Source: the human T2T-CHM13v2.0 reference genome, Homo sapiens. From it: DNA of 64,000 nt. The position numbers and the translations under genes are program-made. The stretch lies in NCBI RefSeq assembly GCF_009914755.1, contig NC_060928.1; one strand, 5' to 3'. Positions 57,953-64,000 of the stretch are shown one piece after another. Numbering within the stretch: the first letter of the stretch is position 1; every line of letters begins with the position of its first letter. Under the pieces are notes generated by a model, which made no database searches, was not told where the DNA came from, and saw nothing but the letters and a program-made list of their open reading frames with translations.

Positions 57953-58559
57953 TGAGGCCTAGACATGTTAAATATTTGATACAAAATTCCTTGGCAAGTT
58001 AGTGGCAGAAAATGGCCTATACCCAGGTTTTCTAACCCAAAAATACAGAGCTTCCATTGTATATACCACATTGCCACATTTTTAAGAAAGGGTTAAATAT
58101 CTGTTAAACTAGAACCCAACTAACTGCTTAAAATTTTCCTGCACTTGGGTTAAAGAGGAAAGAGGAAAATCAAAAGAAAACAAACAAAAAATATTTTAAG
58201 CTCTTTGATATGTTAGGAATATCACACACTGGTCTGAAAATTCTACCTTTTGTATCTATAGAGCTATATAATAAGACCTGTTGCCCATAATAGTGAATCC
58301 ACTCATTGCAAAGTCATGATCATACAACTAAAGATTTAATCATATTCTAGACTACTCCATTTATTAGGAGAAATGAGTATACTACAGCATTGTTACAAGA
58401 TTTTTCATGTACTGAAATAGTTTTCTGATTAAATAAAATATACCATTTATATTCCATTCCCTTAAACAGTATGGTTATTCAAAGATCTACTTGAAACACT
58501 GCAAGTGTCATAGTCCTTTAAAATCTGTTTTATTCCAATGTCAAAAATATTCAGTAGTA

Positions 58560-58858
58560 GGCGGGGCACGGTGGCTCACGCCTGTAATCCCAACATTTTG
58601 GGAGGCCAAGGCAGGCGGATCACGAGGTCAGGAGATGGGGACCATCCTAGCTAACAAGGTAAAACCCCGTCTCAATAAAAAAATAAATAAATAAAATTAG
58701 CCAGGCGTGGTTGCGGGCGCCTGTAGTCCCAGCTACTTGGGAGTCTGACGCAGGTGAATGGCATGAACCTGGGAGGCGGAGCTTGCAGTGAGCCTAGATC
58801 ATGCCACTGCACTCCAGCCTGGGTGACACAGCGAGACTCTGTCTCAAAAAAAAAAAAA
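58560..58858 (+). mobile_element. Alu (AluY-like)
   Basis: AluY diagnostics accatcctagctaaca, gaatggcatgaacc and gagcttgcagtgag. Confidence 0.9.
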
Positions 58859-59665
58859 GGAAATGAGGTAAGCTCCATGTACCTACTACTCAGTAACCTT
58901 ATAAAATCATAACACTTTGCCATATTATTCTATACATCTATAAGAAAGTGATAAATGCATTACAGACAGTGTTAAAATTCACACGCATAACGCTTCCTGA
59001 TCCCATTTTCCTCCTCTGTCACAGCCAATCACTATCACTATCCTTGTTTTTAGGATTATCATCTATATGTAAGTTTTTATATTATTAGTACACATATATC
59101 CATAAATAACATACCACATCACTTTGTATGTTTTCAAACCTGATATAAATGGTATCATACTGAATGTATAATGATATGCTTTTCAAGTTAAACATGACAA
59201 AGTCTAATGAAGTTTTAAAACTTAGAGAAGAAAAAACAGCATGAGAGAAAATTATTTAAAATTGTCAAAGGTGTCAAAAATTAAAATCTTACCAAAAAAC
59301 TAGCCTAATCTTTTAAAAAATTAAATAAAATTCCACAATTAGGGTCAAAAAATTTGAGATTTAAAACAGAAACTAGCAATCTCTTAACTAAGGAATTACT
59401 AGCTGAAATTTATATAATAATATTTCTTTAAGTGTTCATTAGGAAAAGGTGTCAGTACTGAAAAGCAGCTGAGGCCTAGCTAAGCAAGGGGTTCATTTCT
59501 TATTGGAATAGTATAGGCCTGGTCTGAGGCTTCACTTCAAAGTCTCTAGAGTTCAATTAAAACTGGATTAGGTAGAAACAGACCCTTCTTTGGGACTTTC
59601 TGTTCACTGAAACTCTACATACACTGACAGCACCTTAGACAGAGGTCTAGCCCTCCAATGAATCA

Positions 59666-59679
59666 GTTGCCATAGAAAC
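59666..59679. promoter_or_regulatory. RFX X-box-like motif GTTGCCATAGAAAC
   Basis: Fits the GTYNCC-AT-RGNAAC consensus in non-repetitive sequence; motif only. Confidence 0.4.
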
Positions 59680-62600
59680 CATATCATTACCATTGCTCTG
59701 CAGTTATGACCTCAACTCCTGAATTGCTTGAAATCTTTACTCTCTTTGAATGTTTACCACCTTGTTTTATTATTGTTAGTATTATTATTAGTAAATTAAG
59801 CTTTCAATTGTTTTAAATAATTTGTTTCAAAGCTGGTTTATTAAATGTTGAGACAGTGTGTTAGAGAGGAGAGAAAGGATTTAGTATTGAATACATAGAT
59901 TATATACACACATAAATATTCTATTTATTTACTGTAAAACATCAAACCTATCTTTTTTAAAAGTTTTATTTAAAAACTGTGCCTTATGAAAAGGATATAT
60001 TATTTTTCCCAAATAATGCATGTATTTCTTCCTTCTGTCCTACAAATAGTATACTATTAACACATAAGAAAATTGCTTCACTTTGTTGCACTTATTCTTA
60101 GTAAAAGTAAGGCATTTTTTACTTTCCCTTTACCAGTCCATTTGTAAAAGCTTATAAGTTTATCCAAATAAAACTCTTTTTTGTTTTCTTGTCCTCATGA
60201 AAGAACAAAAATAGAAACCAACACTCACTGCCCAACTATATACTCTTATTTATTGAATACTAGGGATTTTTAAAAAGTAGATTTAAAATAGTTAAAGCCA
60301 ATCCTTTAAGTGAATAGAAAGGGAGGTTTTATTTTTTTAAAAAAAACTATCCTTGATACATTTTAAATGTTTTAAAATTCCTCCTGAAGGGTAAATATTA
60401 AAAAGTGATAAAATGTTTTACCTCAAAAAAAAGAAATACTTACATGAGAGCCTGCACATGTAACATCAATAAAAGGTATTTTAAAAATTACTATTCCTAA
60501 GGTTTAAAACTAGCATAGCATATCCCTATGCCAAATATTTCCCAAATTCTATAGTAATTTTATTTTTTCAGACAATTCCAGATTTCTGAAGATTTTGGTG
60601 TTAAGAATAAAATCAGGTAATATATATCAATAACAATATTTAAAAATTCACAACAGAACCATCTCCAAACCCTATCAATACATTTAACATCAGGAAAAAT
60701 GTTGTTAGCCAAATATACAAAATGTAAACTAATCATACCATTCATTAAGCAATAACACAATGGCTAAGAAAGTCTAGAAAATATTCACTATATCCCATTT
60801 TAATGGAACATAATTACATAGTCACAGGTTAACACTTTAATATGGAAAAACTAATTATTTGAACCACCTTTAAAATAAAGACATTGAAAAATACTTTCAT
60901 ATCAATTCACCAATAAATATATGTGCAAATGTTTTATGTTACAATAATTGTAATTTGAACAAATAGCTTAAAGAATTTTAATCAAGTATTTTAAAGTTGC
61001 ATCACTGTTATTAACATAGTTTTTACATTTTGCTATAGTTTTCTCTGAAGGTAGATATCAAAGCATAGCACGTAATTTACTCAAATAATATTGAATCCTA
61101 GTTGGTTCAAGGATTTACTTCATCACCAACCATATGACTTTTGGTTTTAAAATTCAAGGATATATTCTTTAAGTAAAATTTAGAGGTCTTTTTTGAATTT
61201 GACAATGACAATGACACACAGTCGACTCTGGTGGAAAATTTAAGTTGATAATTTTCTTACTAAATGTATATCCATGAACACTTAGAATGTCCCCAAACTT
61301 CAACAAACAACAAAAATGAAAGTCATACATAAAAAATAAAATTACCTCTTAAATTAATCATGTGTTGTTATTTAATTTTTTTCATCTATACAGTATATTT
61401 CCCTTCTGGTTTCAAGTACTATGATGTAGTATAGTATTCATAGCATTTCATGGGTGACAAATTCAATTAAACATATTCATTACTCTAATGTTCTACTTGG
61501 CAGTTTTAGTCAGTATGAAAAATTAAAAATATATAAATAAAATGCTATGTGACCTTTGTATTGATTGGACTAAAATGGCTTTAGCCTGGGTGTGGACGAT
61601 GGGGCAGTTGGGAGGGGCAAGAGGGGAGCCTACAAACACACACACTCTTATGTTTTCTCTTCCAATTACTGAGGGAGATGATAAAACCACAGCAAATGAT
61701 GTATCAGCTCATTTTATCTTATCGCTTTGGGGCTAGGTGACAATGAAGTTCATATTTCACGGGCTCCCATTGAAGACTGTGAAAATTACTTGCCCTTATG
61801 ACCTGAAATTTCACTAGAAGACAGAAATTTCTCTTCTGCAAAGTAATGCAATTTTTCAGATGTCAACCTTTAGCCCAGCTTTAAAAATTAATTTCATTTA
61901 TATTAACCAATGATATTGATATTTTCACAGAACACTCTTTGATACATGAAGCACTGACTGGCAAATTGATGTTGCTTTAGATGGGTAAAACTATTTTATT
62001 TTAAGCTGCTGTGGCACACAGATTTATGGCAAACTGAAATTCCCATTTCATAATTTAATATTTGTGCTGGAGTTGATGCACCTTTAAGCCCTTGGCCTGT
62101 AAATAATTCAGACTCTTTACTTGGTTGTTTTATTTTCAATATTCCTCAGCTTAAAAATAATTTGCATTCTAAATGATGCATCTTAAAAGCCATCTCTTAT
62201 TCAACTAGCATTAAATATCAATCTTAATGAGTCAAAAGCCAAACGTAGTAATGAAGGAGAAGAACAAAGAAGGTATTTATTTATCTTCCAGCTCATTTTT
62301 AATTCAGTTTTTAAAATTTAAACTATACCATAAGTCTAAATTTTTTTTTGAAAGAAGGCAAGAAACCAAAATGAACCCGCAAAAGGATATTAAGGAACCA
62401 TAGCAAGGAACATGAATATATTTTATATCTTTTTCATAGCAGCACATAAGGTGAAGAGCTGGGTGATAAATTTGTAGAGAAGGAACAAAATGAACTTAGA
62501 TATTTATCTAAATTAAAATAGATATTTAGCTTTGAAGGTACCTTTTAAAATACAAACAAAAACAAAGCCACAATGTCAATATCATTGTGAACGAGGCATA

Positions 62601-63206
62601 AAAGGGTCTCATCTGATTTTAGTAAAGGAGATACTGAAATTACCTTGTATCTGTACAAAAGAAACATTTCAATATACAATTTCAATATTTTAGAGTAATA
62701 AAAATGCTACTAAAAGATGTATGATCTGGTGTCTTTACAAGTTACAACTTTATTATCTTTATCCAGTAAAGAGTTTTGTCTAATTCAAATAATGCCTTGA
62801 GAAGATAATCATTAAACAAATACCCTTCTATTTTATAAGGAAAGTCAAGCATAAATATGCATATAACTTATACATTCATTTATGATCTTAAAATTAGAAA
62901 AAGGCTAAGAAAGCCATTTATCTAATTTAGGTAGTTTCTCCCCAAATGGTTTAACACTGCTTTGGCTAAATTTCTATACTCAAAATAATTTTTGCACCTT
63001 TATGCCAACAATATTCAAATTGTTTTTTCTTCAAAATATTTATATTTAGTTCTTCCTTACATGTACGGTATAGAAAAAAATCATAATATAAATTTTCCCT
63101 TTATAATTTTTTCATTTAGATTGAAAATATTCCCAATTACTTCTCAAAAAGTTGTGACAATAACATGCTATTGTCGCTGAATTAAGCTATAAAGTATTTC
63201 TGTCAG

Positions 63207-63490
63207 GGCCAGGCAAAGTGGATTATGCCTGTAATCCTAGCAATTTGGGAGGCTGAGGCAGGAGGATCACTTGAGGCCAGGAATTCCAGACCAGACTGGG
63301 AAATACAGCAAGATCCCATCTCTACAAAAAATAAAATTAGATGACTGAGGTGGCATGTGCCTGTAGTTCCGGCTACTCCAGAGGCTGAGGTGGGAGGACT
63401 GCTCGAGCCCAGAAATTGTTTGAGGCTGCAGTGAGCTATGACTGCACCACTGTACTTCAGGTTGGGCAACAGAGACTTTTTTTTTTTTTT
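63207..63490 (+). mobile_element. Alu (AluJ-like) ending in T14
   Basis: Dimer; TSD aagtattt(c/t)tgtc at 63192-63204 and 63491-63503. Confidence 0.88.
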
Positions 63491-63714
63491 AAGTATTTTT
63501 GTCTAATGTTCCCCATATTGATTCTCTATAGTCATAAGCTTTCTATTCCTTACTAGAGAGTTAAAATTTAAGTCACCACTAATAAAAAACTAACTTTAAA
63601 TATATTGGAATATTTCACAATAAGTACTTTAAAACAACCAATGGGCAGAAACTCTCTTTCTTCTCAATGCCAATTCTTCCTTCATGAACTCCATCTTTGA
63701 TGGGTATCAAAAGC

Positions 63715-64000
63715 CCTCCCTAAAAAAGTGTTTTACTTCTCATAGAAGTAAAAAGTAAAACAGAGGATACTAGAGGTTGGAAAGTGAGGTGGGAAGCAAG
63801 GAAAGTGAGGTGGGAAGCAAGGAACATGGAAAGATTTGTTAAAAGATACAAAATTACAGTTAGACAGTAATAAGTTCTAGTGTTCTATACCACTGTAGAA
63901 TGACTCCAGTGAACAATAACATATAGTTTCAAACAGCTAGAAGTAGGATAGTGAATGTTCCCAACATGAAGAAAGGATGTTTGACATGATTAATATGCTA
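63715..64000 (+). mobile_element. L1MA-like 3'UTR fragment containing a 21-bp tandem duplication (63779-63820)
   Basis: ctcatagaagta...aaaattacagttagacagtaataagttctagtgttctata; GGAAAGTGAGGTGGGAAGCAA twice. Confidence 0.8.

Noticed and set aside
60444-60451. Possible 8-nt microexon: catgtgcag|GCTCTCAT|gtaagt (minus strand)
   Set aside because: No real polypyrimidine tract.
62644-62650. Possible 7-nt microexon: tgtttcttttgtacag|ATACAAG|gtaatt (minus strand)
   Set aside because: Shorter pyrimidine tract, non-consensus donor and no supporting regulator motifs; shows the chance background for such motifs.

Overview
Primate, most likely human, AT-rich genomic DNA from the interior of LRBA, transcribed on the minus strand. 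Five coding exons splice in frame with GT-AG sites: 54881-54764, 51656-51554, 35561-35446, 31605-31493 and 684-544. They encode the end of the PH domain and the start of the BEACH domain ([12 protein letters not shown]...[37 protein letters not shown]...FRDLSKPIGALNP...HYGTHYS). The rest is intron, filled with Alu, L1, L2, MIR and MaLR/ERVL LTRs, microsatellites and a ~0.9 kb AT-rich minisatellite. None of the supplied ORFs is an independent gene. Best leads: (1) a candidate 5-nt frameshifting microexon at 24157-24161 with strong splice signals and PTBP1/RBFOX-type motifs, plus a 7-nt site at 30291-30297 that would restore frame; (2) a 450-nt four-exon block that would be a stop-free ORF if back-spliced; (3) a tailless U2 snRNA retrocopy; (4) a 47-bp locally templated insertion; (5) an inverted L1PA2 with a tiny 3' transduction; (6) two retroelements with poly(T) where the poly(A) tail should be. 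Repeat subfamily calls and boundaries are by eye and approximate.
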